Assembly (NCBI GenBank): GCA_964465015.1
Contig: CAYXHP010000068.1
Coordinates: forward strand, 2,362-66,361
Reading direction: 5' to 3'
Origin: an uncultured Gemmatimonadota bacterium
GTDB lineage: Bacteria; Gemmatimonadota; Gemmatimonadetes; Palauibacterales; Palauibacteraceae
Length of the DNA stretch: 64,000 bases
Of this stretch, positions 37,689-47,147 are shown piece by piece. Below the pieces are notes generated by a model. It was not told where the DNA came from. It did no database searches and saw only the letters and a program-made list of their open reading frames with translations. Numbering within the stretch: the first letter of the stretch is position 1; every line of letters begins with the position of its first letter. A program made the position numbers and the translations under genes.

Positions 37689-39561
37689 TCGACGCCGTCG
37701 CGCGCGGCCCGAGGGCTGGGGAAGCGGGCCCGCGTCGGGAGCGCTCCTCCTCCTGGCCTTCCTCGTGGTGCTACCGGGAGGATCCGCGAGGGCCGCGCCG
37801 GCTCTCGTCCGCGCCGACACCGTTCCTCCGGACACTCTAGCGGCGCCATCGGCTCGGGCCGACACCCTCCCGGCGGACACGCTTCCCGCCGACACCACGG
37901 GCGCGGACACCACGGCCCACAAGGCGCCGCCCTTTCCGGCCGCGTTGGAGTGGCCGGACAGCCTCGGCTCCGCCTCCGTGCGCAGCTGGGACCGGGACGC
38001 CCTCATCGCGGCCGACCCGCAGAACCTGCTCGACTTCCTCGAGCGGGAGATGCCCGGAGTCACCGGGCTCTCGGCCGGCTATTTCGCCGGGCCCTTCGTG
38101 GCCATGGACGGGGAGTTCGGTCCCGGCTTCGTACAGGTGATCGTGGACGGCCGCGAGCTCGACCCGCTCGAGGGAGGTACCGTCGACCTGCGGCGGGTGT
38201 CGCTGATCGGCGCCGAGCGACTGCGGGTGCTGCGTGAAGCCGGCTCGCTCCGCATCGAGATCACGATGATCTCCCACGACCGGGGGCCGGCCTATTCGCG
38301 CCTCGAGGCCGCCACCGGCAGGCCGGCGGTGAACACGGTCCGGGGGGTCTTCACCAACGGGATCGGGACCCACGTGCAGCTGGCGGGGGCGGGGGACTTC
38401 CTGGACGTGGCGGGCGCTCCGACACCGGCCCACCGCCTGGACGGTTGGGCCCGCGTAGGTTGGGTCTCCGGCGGGGGCCACGTCGGGATCGAGGTCCGGG
38501 GACGATCGGAGAGCGTGGAGAGCACGGTGCTGTCCGATCAGAAGTTCTCGCGCTCCGAGGCCTACCTGCACTTCCGGGCGGACCTGGCTCCGTGGCTGCA
38601 GGCGGACGGCTGGGCGGGGCGCTCCGCCCGGTCCCCGGACGCCACCAGCGGCAGTGGTCCCACGACGGCCGACCGTCGGGGCCTGGTGTCGCTGACCGCC
38701 GTACCGGGGCCGTTCTCCATGCGCGCGACCTTCGAAGGCCACACCGGCACGCTGTATCCACGGTTCCGGGGGGCTCTCCGCTCCGGCTGGTCACTCAAGT
38801 CGTGGCTGCATGCGGACGCCGGCGCGAGCTGGTCCTCGTGGACGCGGTTCCGGACCCACTCCGGGCGCGCCGGACTCGCCGTGAAGCCGCGTACGGCCGG
38901 TGCCGTCGGTCTCACGCTGCGAGGCTCGGCCGTCGCCGGGACCCGCGGGGTGCCCTACCCGCTGCAGGGGACGGCCGAGTCGGTCGGGTTCGATGCGCTG
39001 GATGGGACGGCCACGCTCCAACTCGGGCCGTACACCCTGGAGGGGCGCGGGATATGGCAGAAGCTCAGCCGCCAGCTGCCGCTCGGCTTCGCCTTCGACA
39101 CGACGCTCGGGCCGACCCAGGGCTCCACGGTGGGCGGCTTCGAGGGTCGGGTGCACGGCCCACCCATCCCCGCGGGTGTGCTCCGGGACCACCTCGAGGT
39201 CTCCGGCGTGTGGAGACACCTCGGACGGCTTTCGGGAGCGTCGCTCCGGTACGTGCCGCCCGACCTGGCCTACGGAGAGGTGGCCGTGCACGGCGACCTC
39301 TTCCAGAACAACCTCCACGTGACCGCCGCGCTCGGCGCGTCCTACCGGGCCGCCATGGCGACGTCGCGACCGCAGCAATCGGGGGCGGGCTTCCTTCCGG
39401 CCCGGACCCTGGCGTTGGGGCGGGTGGAGATCCGCATCGAGCGGTTCCGATTCTGGTGGGTCGGACACGACCTGGGGCTGATCGACGAGGGCGACATAGT
39501 GGGCCTGCCGCACCCGCTGGGGGTGAACCTGGTCGGCGTGAGCTGGGAGTGGAGCAACTAG
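37675..39561 (+). CDS. Outer-membrane protein with a TonB-dependent-receptor plug-like domain and beta-barrel, function unknown
   Basis: The frame stays open upstream of the track start (37765) to a possible CTG at 37675 and includes a hydrophobic signal (ALLLLAFLVVL). Plug-like segment LLDFLEREMPGV…VIVDG…; aromatic C-terminal strand GVSWEWSN. Start uncertain. Confidence 0.65.
   Translation: MPSTDRRRRARPEGWGSGPASGALLLLAFLVVLPGGSARAAPALVRADTVPPDTLAAPSARADTLPADTLPADTTGADTTAHKAPPFPAALEWPDSLGSASVRSWDRDALIAADPQNLLDFLEREMPGVTGLSAGYFAGPFVAMDGEFGPGFVQVIVDGRELDPLEGGTVDLRRVSLIGAERLRVLREAGSLRIEITMISHDRGPAYSRLEAATGRPAVNTVRGVFTNGIGTHVQLAGAGDFLDVAGAPTPAHRLDGWARVGWVSGGGHVGIEVRGRSESVESTVLSDQKFSRSEAYLHFRADLAPWLQADGWAGRSARSPDATSGSGPTTADRRGLVSLTAVPGPFSMRATFEGHTGTLYPRFRGALRSGWSLKSWLHADAGASWSSWTRFRTHSGRAGLAVKPRTAGAVGLTLRGSAVAGTRGVPYPLQGTAESVGFDALDGTATLQLGPYTLEGRGIWQKLSRQLPLGFAFDTTLGPTQGSTVGGFEGRVHGPPIPAGVLRDHLEVSGVWRHLGRLSGASLRYVPPDLAYGEVAVHGDLFQNNLHVTAALGASYRAAMATSRPQQSGAGFLPARTLALGRVEIRIERFRFWWVGHDLGLIDEGDIVGLPHPLGVNLVGVSWEWSN
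37813..37914 (+). repeat. Degenerate 15-nt coding tandem repeat encoding (A/P)DT(V/L/T) units
   Basis: ADTVPPDTLAAPSARADTLPADTLPADTTGADTT. Confidence 0.7.
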
Positions 39562-39606
39562 AGTCGTCGCGCCCCGCGACCGGAGAGGCGAAATCGTCGC
39601 TCTCGG

Positions 39607-39636
39607 TTGACGCTCCGCCGGCCCGGCGTCTACCTT
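39607..39636 (+). promoter_or_regulatory. sigma70-type promoter of the yicC-gmk-rpoZ operon
   Basis: TTGACG-N18-TACCTT, 13 nt before the ATG. Confidence 0.65.
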
Positions 39637-39649
39637 CCGGCCCTCCAGG

Positions 39650-40534
39650 ATGCTACGCAGCATGACGGGTTTCGGGTCGGCCAGCGGCACCTCCGGGGAG
39701 ACCGCCATCACCGTGGACGCGCGTTCCGTGAACGGGCGCCACCTGAGGGTGGACGTGCGGGTGCCTCCCGGAGGCGAGGCCTGGGAGCCGCCTCTCCGGG
39801 AGCTGGCGGGAGAGCGGCTCGATCGCGGCAGCGTGGACGTCACGGTCCGGATCGAGGAGACGGGTGCCGAGGACGGCTCGATGGAGCTCGACCGGGAACG
39901 GGTTGAAGCATACTTGAGGGCCTTCCGCACCCTGAGGGAAGAGTACTCGCTCCCCGGTCATGCCGACCTCCCGCTGCTCATGCATGGAGGCGGCCTCCTG
40001 CGGCCGCGCGGTGCACCATCGGCGCAGGACGTGGAGTGGGACGAGGTGGAGCCGATCGTCCGCCGCGCGCTCGACGAGCTGGTGACGATGCGCGAGCGGG
40101 AGGGGCAGCGGCTCGAGGCGGACCTCCGGGAGCGAGTGGAGGGCATCGAGCGAGGGATCGCGGAGGTCGAGCGGCTCGCTCCCGGGCGGCTCGAGCGGGA
40201 GCGGAGTCGCCTCCTCGAGGCCGTGGCGGAGCTCACCGGCGGCCGCGAGGCCGACGGCGAACGCGTGGCACGAGAGATCGCGATCCTGGCCGACAAGTGG
40301 AACATCGGCGAGGAGATGGTGCGCGCCCGCGCTCACCTGGCTGCCTTCGCGCAGCTGGTCGGGGAGCCGGGGCCGGTGCCGGTCGGAAAGCGGCTCGGCT
40401 TCCTCGTTCAGGAGCTCCACCGGGAGATCAACACGACCGGCGCCAAGGCCAACGACGCCGCCATCTCTCGGGCAGTTGTCGAGATGAAGAACGAGCTCGA
40501 GCGGCTGCGGGAACAGATCGAGAACGTCGAGTGA
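39650..40534 (+). CDS. yicC: YicC/YloC family endoribonuclease
   Basis: MLRSMTGFG, RSVNGR, GKRLGFLVQELHREINT, REQIENVE; usual position upstream of gmk. Confidence 0.95.
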   Translation: MLRSMTGFGSASGTSGETAITVDARSVNGRHLRVDVRVPPGGEAWEPPLRELAGERLDRGSVDVTVRIEETGAEDGSMELDRERVEAYLRAFRTLREEYSLPGHADLPLLMHGGGLLRPRGAPSAQDVEWDEVEPIVRRALDELVTMREREGQRLEADLRERVEGIERGIAEVERLAPGRLERERSRLLEAVAELTGGREADGERVAREIAILADKWNIGEEMVRARAHLAAFAQLVGEPGPVPVGKRLGFLVQELHREINTTGAKANDAAISRAVVEMKNELERLREQIENVE

Positions 40535-40598
40535 CGGGCGTCGGCGGCCCCCGGGAGCCGGCCACACGGAGAGGGGCGGCCGCCGGGCGAGGGAGCGG

Positions 40599-41255
40599 GT
40601 GAGACCTCCCGCGGACCGGAGCTTTCCGGTCGTCCTGGCCGGGCCCTCCGGGAGTGGGAAGACCACCGTGGCCAGGCGACTGGCGGCCGAGACCGACCGC
40701 TACCGCTTTTCGGTCTCCGCCACGACCCGGCAGCCGCGCGCGGGCGAGACCGACGGCGAGGACTACCACTTCCTGGACCGGGACGCGTTCCTGGATCTGC
40801 GGGACGGCGGGCGTCTCCTGGAGTGGGCCGAGGTGCATGGTGAACTCTACGGGACGCCGCGCAATCAGGTCGAAGCGGCCCGACGCGAGGGAGTCCACCT
40901 GATCCTGGACATCGATGTCCAGGGCGCCCGCTCGGTGAGGCGCCTCGAGCCGGACGTTGTGACGGTGTTCCTGCTGCCCCCCACGGGCGAGCGCATCGTG
41001 GCCCGGCTGCGGGGCAGGGGAAGCGAGCCCGAGGCGGAGCGTCGGCGGCGGATGGAGGGAGCCGAGCAGGAGCTGCTGGCGGTTTCGGAGTTCGACTTCC
41101 TGGTCGTGAACGACGAGCTCGAGACGGCGGTTCGAGACACGGACGGTATCGTCCGCGCCGAGGAACTCCGGATCAGCCGCATGGGTCGGCGAGTATCACA
41201 TCTCGCGGAACGCATCGAGGAGGAGATCCGGAGCGCGCTCGGCGCGGACCGGTGA
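40599..41255 (+). CDS. gmk: Guanylate kinase
   Basis: GPSGSGKT, SATTR, DGEDYHF, YGT, DIDVQG. Confidence 0.96.
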   Translation: MRPPADRSFPVVLAGPSGSGKTTVARRLAAETDRYRFSVSATTRQPRAGETDGEDYHFLDRDAFLDLRDGGRLLEWAEVHGELYGTPRNQVEAARREGVHLILDIDVQGARSVRRLEPDVVTVFLLPPTGERIVARLRGRGSEPEAERRRRMEGAEQELLAVSEFDFLVVNDELETAVRDTDGIVRAEELRISRMGRRVSHLAERIEEEIRSALGADR

Positions 41256-41282
41256 TCGGAGAACGAGAGATCGGGAGGCGAA

Positions 41283-41498
41283 ATGAAGGTCTTCACGCCG
41301 GATGAGCTGGCCCACGTGGCCGGGGACAAGTACAGAGGGGTACTGGTGGCGGCCACCTATGCGCGCGAGCTGAACGCGCTCCCGCTCGAGACGTCTCCCT
41401 ACGGACCTCGCAAGCTCACGACGGTGGCCCTGGAGGCCCTGACCAGCGGCCAGCTCGAGTTCCGACTCGTGGCCCGGCGCCGATCCGGCGTCGACTGA
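41283..41498 (+). CDS. rpoZ: RNA polymerase omega subunit
   Basis: KY..VLVAA..ARELN and KLTTVALE motifs; lies between gmk and coaBC. Confidence 0.88.
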   Translation: MKVFTPDELAHVAGDKYRGVLVAATYARELNALPLETSPYGPRKLTTVALEALTSGQLEFRLVARRRSGVD

Positions 41499-41508
41499 GC
41501 CGGTCCCG

Positions 41509-42714
41509 GTGCGAACCCTCGAGGGCCGCCGGGTCCTCCTGGTCGTCACCGGCGGCATAGCGGCGTACAAGAGCGCGATTCTCGTCCGTCGTCTTCGGGA
41601 GGCGGGAGCCGAGATCGACGTGATCATGACCCCCGGGGCGTGCCGGTTCGTCGGCCCGGTCACCTTCGAAGCCCTCTCCGGGCGGGCCGTTCACCGGGAC
41701 CTCTGGGAGCGCCCCCTGGCGCACCTGGAGCTGGGGCGTGAGGCCGACGTCGTGGTCGTGGCCCCCGCCACCGCGGACTTCCTGGCCCGGATGGCGGTCG
41801 GACGGGCCAACGACCTGGCGTCGGCGACGCTGCTCGCGGCGCCGGCGCCGATCGTGGTCTGCCCGGCCATGAACAGCCGCATGTGGGAGCACCCCGCCAC
41901 CGGGGCCCACATGGACACGCTCGTCTCCCGCGGCGTCCTCGTGGTCGGTCCCGACTCGGGCGAGCTCGCCGAGGGGGAGGTCGGACCGGGCCGCATGGCC
42001 GAGCCCGAGATCATCGTCGAGGAAGTGGCGCGTAGTCTGCGGGTCGGGTCACCGTTGGCCGGCCGTCGCGTGGTCGTGACGGCCGGGCCGACCCGCGCCG
42101 CGCTCGACCCGGTGCGGTTCCTGAGCAACGGCTCCACGGGCCGCATGGGCTTCGCTCTGGCGGCGGCGGCGTGGGGACGGGGATCCGAGGTCTCTCTCAT
42201 CGCCGGTCCCACGACGCTCCCGCCCCCGCACGGACCGGACGTGCATCGCGTTCGGGATGTGAAAGAGATGCTCGAGGCGCTGCGCGCCGAGCTCGAAGCG
42301 GCTTCGGTTCTGATCATGGCCGCCGCGATCTCGGACTACCTGCCCGAACGGGTGTCGGACGCCAAGCTCCGGAAGGAGGACGGACCGCTCGACCTCCGGC
42401 TCGTGCCCGGTCCCGACCTGCTGCGGGAGACCCGCGAACTGCGTGCACGCGCGGGGATCCTGTCTCTGGGCTTCGCGCTCGAGACGGGCGACGGCGAGGC
42501 GAGAGCCCGGGCCAAGCTGGAAGCGAAGGGGCTGGACTTCGTGGCTCTGAATCGCGCGGACGTCGAGGGGGAGGGCATGGAGGCCGAGACGAACCGCGTG
42601 GTCCTGATCGACCGGTGGGGTGGGCGCGAGGAGCTGCCCCTCCTCGCCAAGCGCGAGGTGGCCGAGCGCCTTCTGGACCGGCTGGAGGAACACCTCTCGG
42701 GATCGGACGCCTGA
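41509..42714 (+). CDS. coaBC: Phosphopantothenoylcysteine decarboxylase/ligase
   Basis: TGGIAAYK, APATA, PAMN, TAGPT, DPVRFLSNGSTGRMG, GFALET. Confidence 0.96.
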   Translation: MRTLEGRRVLLVVTGGIAAYKSAILVRRLREAGAEIDVIMTPGACRFVGPVTFEALSGRAVHRDLWERPLAHLELGREADVVVVAPATADFLARMAVGRANDLASATLLAAPAPIVVCPAMNSRMWEHPATGAHMDTLVSRGVLVVGPDSGELAEGEVGPGRMAEPEIIVEEVARSLRVGSPLAGRRVVVTAGPTRAALDPVRFLSNGSTGRMGFALAAAAWGRGSEVSLIAGPTTLPPPHGPDVHRVRDVKEMLEALRAELEAASVLIMAAAISDYLPERVSDAKLRKEDGPLDLRLVPGPDLLRETRELRARAGILSLGFALETGDGEARARAKLEAKGLDFVALNRADVEGEGMEAETNRVVLIDRWGGREELPLLAKREVAERLLDRLEEHLSGSDA

Positions 42715-42715
42715 C

Positions 42716-43678
42716 GTGGACGAGTCGCTGCGCCGCTACCTGCAGACACGGATCTCGCTCGGGGAGCCCGAGCTCGTGTTCCCGGCCCTCCGGCGGACCG
42801 ACGCGCGAAGGCTGGCCCGGGACTTCGACGCGGCCCCCGTGGCGCTCCGGCCCGGACCGACCGCCACCGACGCGGGATCCACCGGATCGGCGACGTCCGG
42901 TCCGGACGCGCCGGCCGCCGGGATCGCGGAGGCCCCGCCGGTCGCCGGAGGAGACAGGCGCGGTCCGGCGCGCGACGCCGCGGCTCGGGCGCTCGCTCCG
43001 GACCAAGTGACGAGGCTGGGCCGGGAGGCCACCGCCGAGGAGATCCGCTCTCTGCCCGACCTCGAATCCCTGCGACGCGTGGTGGAGGCCTGTCAGCGCT
43101 GCCCGCTCCACCGGGAGCGCACCCGGGCCGTATTCGGGGAGGGCGATCCCACGGCACGCGTCGTGTGCGTGGGAGAGGCGCCCGGGGCTCGGGAGGACGA
43201 GACCGGGCGGCCGTTCGTGGGACCCGCGGGACAACTGCTGGACCGGCTACTCCTGTCGGTCGGCTTCCGGCGCGAAGAGGTCTACATCTGCAACGTCCTC
43301 AAGAGCCGCCCCCCCCACAACCGTGACCCCCTCCCCGAGGAGATCGAGGCCTGCTCGCCCTTCCTGCACCGGCAGCTCGAGCTCATCGACCCGGACGTAC
43401 TGGTCGCGTTCGGGGCCTTCGCGGCCCGGACCCTGACCGGGGCCGGAGGGAGCCTGGGGAGCCTCCGGGGCCGCACGCACCGGTACCGAGGATACCCGCT
43501 GGTGGTGACGTACCACCCGGCGGCGCTTCTTCGGAACCGGAGCTGGACGCGCCCCACGTGGGAGGACCTGCAGCGGGTGCGGCGCATCGTGGACGACGGG
43601 GAAGCCGGGGCGGACGACAGCGGGAGGTCGGGGCTCGGCGAGGCCCCGGGCTCGGGCGCCCAAGCGGGGCTCTTCTAG
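42716..43678 (+). CDS. udg: Uracil-DNA glycosylase, family 4
   Basis: CQRCPL, VGEAPG, GRPFVG, NRDP, TYHPAA; Pro/Ala-rich N-terminal extension. Confidence 0.92.
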   Translation: MDESLRRYLQTRISLGEPELVFPALRRTDARRLARDFDAAPVALRPGPTATDAGSTGSATSGPDAPAAGIAEAPPVAGGDRRGPARDAAARALAPDQVTRLGREATAEEIRSLPDLESLRRVVEACQRCPLHRERTRAVFGEGDPTARVVCVGEAPGAREDETGRPFVGPAGQLLDRLLLSVGFRREEVYICNVLKSRPPHNRDPLPEEIEACSPFLHRQLELIDPDVLVAFGAFAARTLTGAGGSLGSLRGRTHRYRGYPLVVTYHPAALLRNRSWTRPTWEDLQRVRRIVDDGEAGADDSGRSGLGEAPGSGAQAGLF

Positions 43679-43681
43679 CGC

Positions 43682-45079
43682 ATGGCCACGCTCGAGCCCG
43701 GATCGGCCCCGAGGAACGTCGGCGCGTTCCGGGACCGCCAGGCGCCCTGGTCGGAGGAGGCCGAGATCTCCGTCCTCGGCGGCATGCTCATCGACGGAGA
43801 CGCGGTGGCGCGCGCCGTGGAGCTGGTCGATGACGGGGCGTTCTACCGGGAGGCCAATCGCCGGATCTTCCGGGCCATGACGCGCCTGTATGGCCGCGGC
43901 GACGTGATCGACGTGGTCACGCTGTCCGACGAGCTGAAGTCGGCCGGCGACCTCGAGCCGGCGGGCGGGCTCGCCTACCTCGCCCGCCTGGTGGATGCGG
44001 TCCCCACCGCCGCCAACATCGAGTACCACTGCCGGATCCTGCGCGACAAGGCCACGCTGCGGCAGCTCATCGAGTCGGCCACCGAGATCATCCAGGACGC
44101 CTACGTGGCGGGCGGTGGCGACATCGACGAGACCCTGGACGTGGCCGAGCAGCGGATCTTCCGCATCGCCCAGGCCGCCCAGCGGGGCGGCTTCGTGTGG
44201 ATCAAGGAAATCCTGTGGCCGACCTTCGAGCGCATCGAGGAGCTGCAGCGCAGCGAGGAGACGGTCACCGGGGTGGCGACCGGGTTCGGGGACCTGGATC
44301 AGATGACCGCGGGTTTCCAGCGTGGCGAGCTGGTGGTGCTCGCCGGCCGACCTTCCATGGGGAAGACAGCCCTGGCCCTCAACATCGCCCAGCACGCGGC
44401 CATCGAGAACGACGTTCCGGTGGCCCTGTTCTCGCTGGAGATGTCCAAGGAAGCCCTGGTGCAGCGGCTCCTGTGCGCGGAGGGACGCGTGGACTCGGGT
44501 CGACTCCGGCGGGGGCGCCTGCGCGACGATGAGTATGCTCGGCTGGCCACGGCGGCGGGGCACCTGAACACCGCGCCCATCTGGATCGATGACTCCCCGG
44601 CCATCTCGGCGCTGGAGCTCCGGGCCAAGGCGCGCCGCCTCCGTGCCGAGGTCGACCTGGGTCTCGTCATCGTGGACTATCTGCAGCTCATGGCGGGGCC
44701 GCGGGATGTCGAGAATCGGCAGCAGGAGATCAGCCACATCAGCCGTTCGCTCAAGGCGGTGGCCAAGGAGCTGGATGTCCCGGTGCTGGCCCTCTCGCAG
44801 CTCTCCCGCGCGCCGGAGCAGAGGACCGACCACCGTCCCGTGCTGGCCGACCTGCGCGAGTCGGGAGCCATCGAGCAGGACGCCGACCTGGTCCTGTTCG
44901 TCTACCGGGAGGAAGTCTACAAGGGACCGGTCGACGCGGACGGAAACTCCCTGGAGGGACGGTCGGAGCTCATCATCGGGAAGCAGCGAAACGGTCCGAC
45001 GGGCACGGTGGACCTCTTCTTCCACAAGGAGCACACCCTGTTCGACTCGGTCGCCCGCCGGGAGGACGAGGTCGGGTGA
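43682..45079 (+). CDS. dnaB: Replicative DNA helicase
   Basis: GRPSMGKT, FSLEM, DYLQL, LSQLSR, DLRESGAIEQDAD, KQRNGP; no intein. Confidence 0.98.
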   Translation: MATLEPGSAPRNVGAFRDRQAPWSEEAEISVLGGMLIDGDAVARAVELVDDGAFYREANRRIFRAMTRLYGRGDVIDVVTLSDELKSAGDLEPAGGLAYLARLVDAVPTAANIEYHCRILRDKATLRQLIESATEIIQDAYVAGGGDIDETLDVAEQRIFRIAQAAQRGGFVWIKEILWPTFERIEELQRSEETVTGVATGFGDLDQMTAGFQRGELVVLAGRPSMGKTALALNIAQHAAIENDVPVALFSLEMSKEALVQRLLCAEGRVDSGRLRRGRLRDDEYARLATAAGHLNTAPIWIDDSPAISALELRAKARRLRAEVDLGLVIVDYLQLMAGPRDVENRQQEISHISRSLKAVAKELDVPVLALSQLSRAPEQRTDHRPVLADLRESGAIEQDADLVLFVYREEVYKGPVDADGNSLEGRSELIIGKQRNGPTGTVDLFFHKEHTLFDSVARREDEVG

Positions 45080-46470
45080 GCTTCGTCTGCACCGCCTGCG
45101 GGGGCGAGTCCCTCCGGTGGGAGGGGCGCTGTCCGGCCTGCGGGGAATGGAACACGTTGCGCCAGGCACCGGCGGGATCCGGTCGGCGGAGTGCATCGGG
45201 GCGTGGCGGCGACAGGCCCCCCGGCCTCGGCGCGCCGGGGCGCACGCCGGCGCCGCTGCGGGAGGCGGAAGGCGGCCCCGAGGATCGTCTGGCGCTCGGC
45301 GTGGGGGAGCTGGACCGGGTGCTGGGCGGGGGCGCCGTGCCGGGCTCGCTGGTCCTCGTGGGCGGCGCCCCCGGGATCGGCAAGTCGACCCTGCTGCTGC
45401 AGGCAGCGGCATCTCTCACCGGGCGAGGCGTGCCCTGCCTCTACGTCTCGGGTGAGGAGTCGGCGGCGCAGGTCCGCATGCGTGCGGAGCGCCTCGGCGC
45501 CCGGGCCGCGGAGGTCCCTTTCCTGGCCGAGACGGATGTGGACGCCATCGCCGGGGCGGCCCGCCAGGCCGGGCCCGCCTTCCTGTGCATCGACTCGGTC
45601 CAGACTCTACGCTCTGGACGGGTGGATACGGCCGCCGGAGGCGTGGCGCAGGTTCGCGAGTGCGCGGCCGTCCTCCAGACGCTGGCCAAGGAGAGCGGCA
45701 TGGCCACGTTCCTGATCGGGCACGTAACCAAGCAGGGGGGCCTGGCCGGACCGCGAACCCTCGAGCACCTGGTGGACGCGGTGCTCCTGTTCGAGGGTCA
45801 GCGTACGCTCGAGCACCGGCTCCTGCGGACGACGAAGAACCGGTTCGGAGGCACGGACGAGATGGCCGTGTTCCGGATGACGGGTGCGGGACTCGAGGGC
45901 GTGGCCGATCCCTCCGGACTCTTCCTCGCAGACCGGCCATCCGGCGTGAGCGGCTCCGCGGTGGCGGTGCCGCTCCAGGGCTCGCGGCCGCTGCTGGCGG
46001 AGGTGCAGGCGCTGACGACGCCGGGACGGTATGGTACGCCCCAGCGCGTGGTGACCGGACTGGCTCCCCGGCGCCTGTCGCTTCTTCTCGCGGTGCTGGG
46101 GCGGCGCGGCGGGCCATCGCTCGGGGACGCCGACGTGTTCGTGAACGTCGTGGGCGGTCTGCGACTGGTCGATCCGGCCAGCGATCTGGCCGTCGTCGCG
46201 GCTCTGCTCTCGGCCGCTACCGACCGGCCGAATCCGGACCGTCTCGCCTTCGTGGGCGAGGTCGGACTCGGGGGTGAGCTTCGTGGCGTGCCCCGACTGG
46301 AGGCCCGGGTGCGGGAGGCGGTGCGCGCCGGAATGGAGGGGGTCGTGGTGCCGGCGGCCTCGGCCGAAGGGCTGGAGGCCGATGTGGCCGTGCACGCGGT
46401 GCAGGACGTTCGCGGCCTCGTGCGCCTGCTCTCCGGCGCCGGGATCGCGGTCGCACCCGCGCGCGCGTGA
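45076..46470 (+). CDS. radA: DNA repair protein RadA/Sms
   Basis: C4 zinc finger, GAPGIGKST, KNRFG, Lon-like C-terminus (GEVGLGGE). Confidence 0.97.
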   Translation: MSFVCTACGGESLRWEGRCPACGEWNTLRQAPAGSGRRSASGRGGDRPPGLGAPGRTPAPLREAEGGPEDRLALGVGELDRVLGGGAVPGSLVLVGGAPGIGKSTLLLQAAASLTGRGVPCLYVSGEESAAQVRMRAERLGARAAEVPFLAETDVDAIAGAARQAGPAFLCIDSVQTLRSGRVDTAAGGVAQVRECAAVLQTLAKESGMATFLIGHVTKQGGLAGPRTLEHLVDAVLLFEGQRTLEHRLLRTTKNRFGGTDEMAVFRMTGAGLEGVADPSGLFLADRPSGVSGSAVAVPLQGSRPLLAEVQALTTPGRYGTPQRVVTGLAPRRLSLLLAVLGRRGGPSLGDADVFVNVVGGLRLVDPASDLAVVAALLSAATDRPNPDRLAFVGEVGLGGELRGVPRLEARVREAVRAGMEGVVVPAASAEGLEADVAVHAVQDVRGLVRLLSGAGIAVAPARA

Positions 46471-47147
46471 TCCGCTCGGCGGCGATTCTGGTCGCGGCCG
46501 GGAGCGGCCGCAGGGCGGGCGACGGCGCGCCCAAGCAGCTCCGCGAGCTGGCCGGGATTCCGGTCCTCCAGCGGGCGTGGGCGCCATTCGCCGCCTCCGA
46601 AGCGATCGGGGAGATCGTGCTCGTCGTGCCCGAGGAGACCGCACAGGCGCCGCCCACCTGGCTGCGGAAGGGACCGGGCCGCCTGGTGGCGGGCGGCGCC
46701 ACCCGGACCGACTCGGTGCGCAGGGGGCTCCTGTCCCTCGGACTGGAGGTCGAGACGGTGCTGGTCCACGACGGGGTGCGGCCGTTCGCGTCGGAGGGGC
46801 TCGTCGGGCGGGTCCTGTCCGCGGCCTCCGGCGGACCGGTCGTGCCGCTCCTCCCGGTGGTGGACACCGTGAAGGAGGTGGACGGGTCGGGCATCGTCCT
46901 CCGGACCCTCGAGCGGTCCGCGCTGCGCCGGGCCCAGACTCCCCAGGGGTTTCCGGCCGGGCTCCTCCGCCGGCTGCACGAAGCGGCCGCGCGCGCGGGA
47001 CGGTCCGCGACGGATGACGCCGCGCTGTGCGAGGAGGCCGGTCACCGCGTGGTGGGGATCCTGGGCGAGGAGACCAACCTGAAGCTCACGACCCCGGCCG
47101 ATTTCGACTTCGCCACGTGGCTCCTGGAGACGGGGCGCGTCCAGTGA
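46467..47147 (+). CDS. ispD: 2-C-methyl-D-erythritol 4-phosphate cytidylyltransferase
   Basis: AAGSGRR, PKQ, GGATRTDSV, VHDGVRPF, QTPQ, TDDA, NLKLTT. Confidence 0.95.
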   Translation: MIRSAAILVAAGSGRRAGDGAPKQLRELAGIPVLQRAWAPFAASEAIGEIVLVVPEETAQAPPTWLRKGPGRLVAGGATRTDSVRRGLLSLGLEVETVLVHDGVRPFASEGLVGRVLSAASGGPVVPLLPVVDTVKEVDGSGIVLRTLERSALRRAQTPQGFPAGLLRRLHEAAARAGRSATDDAALCEEAGHRVVGILGEETNLKLTTPADFDFATWLLETGRVQ

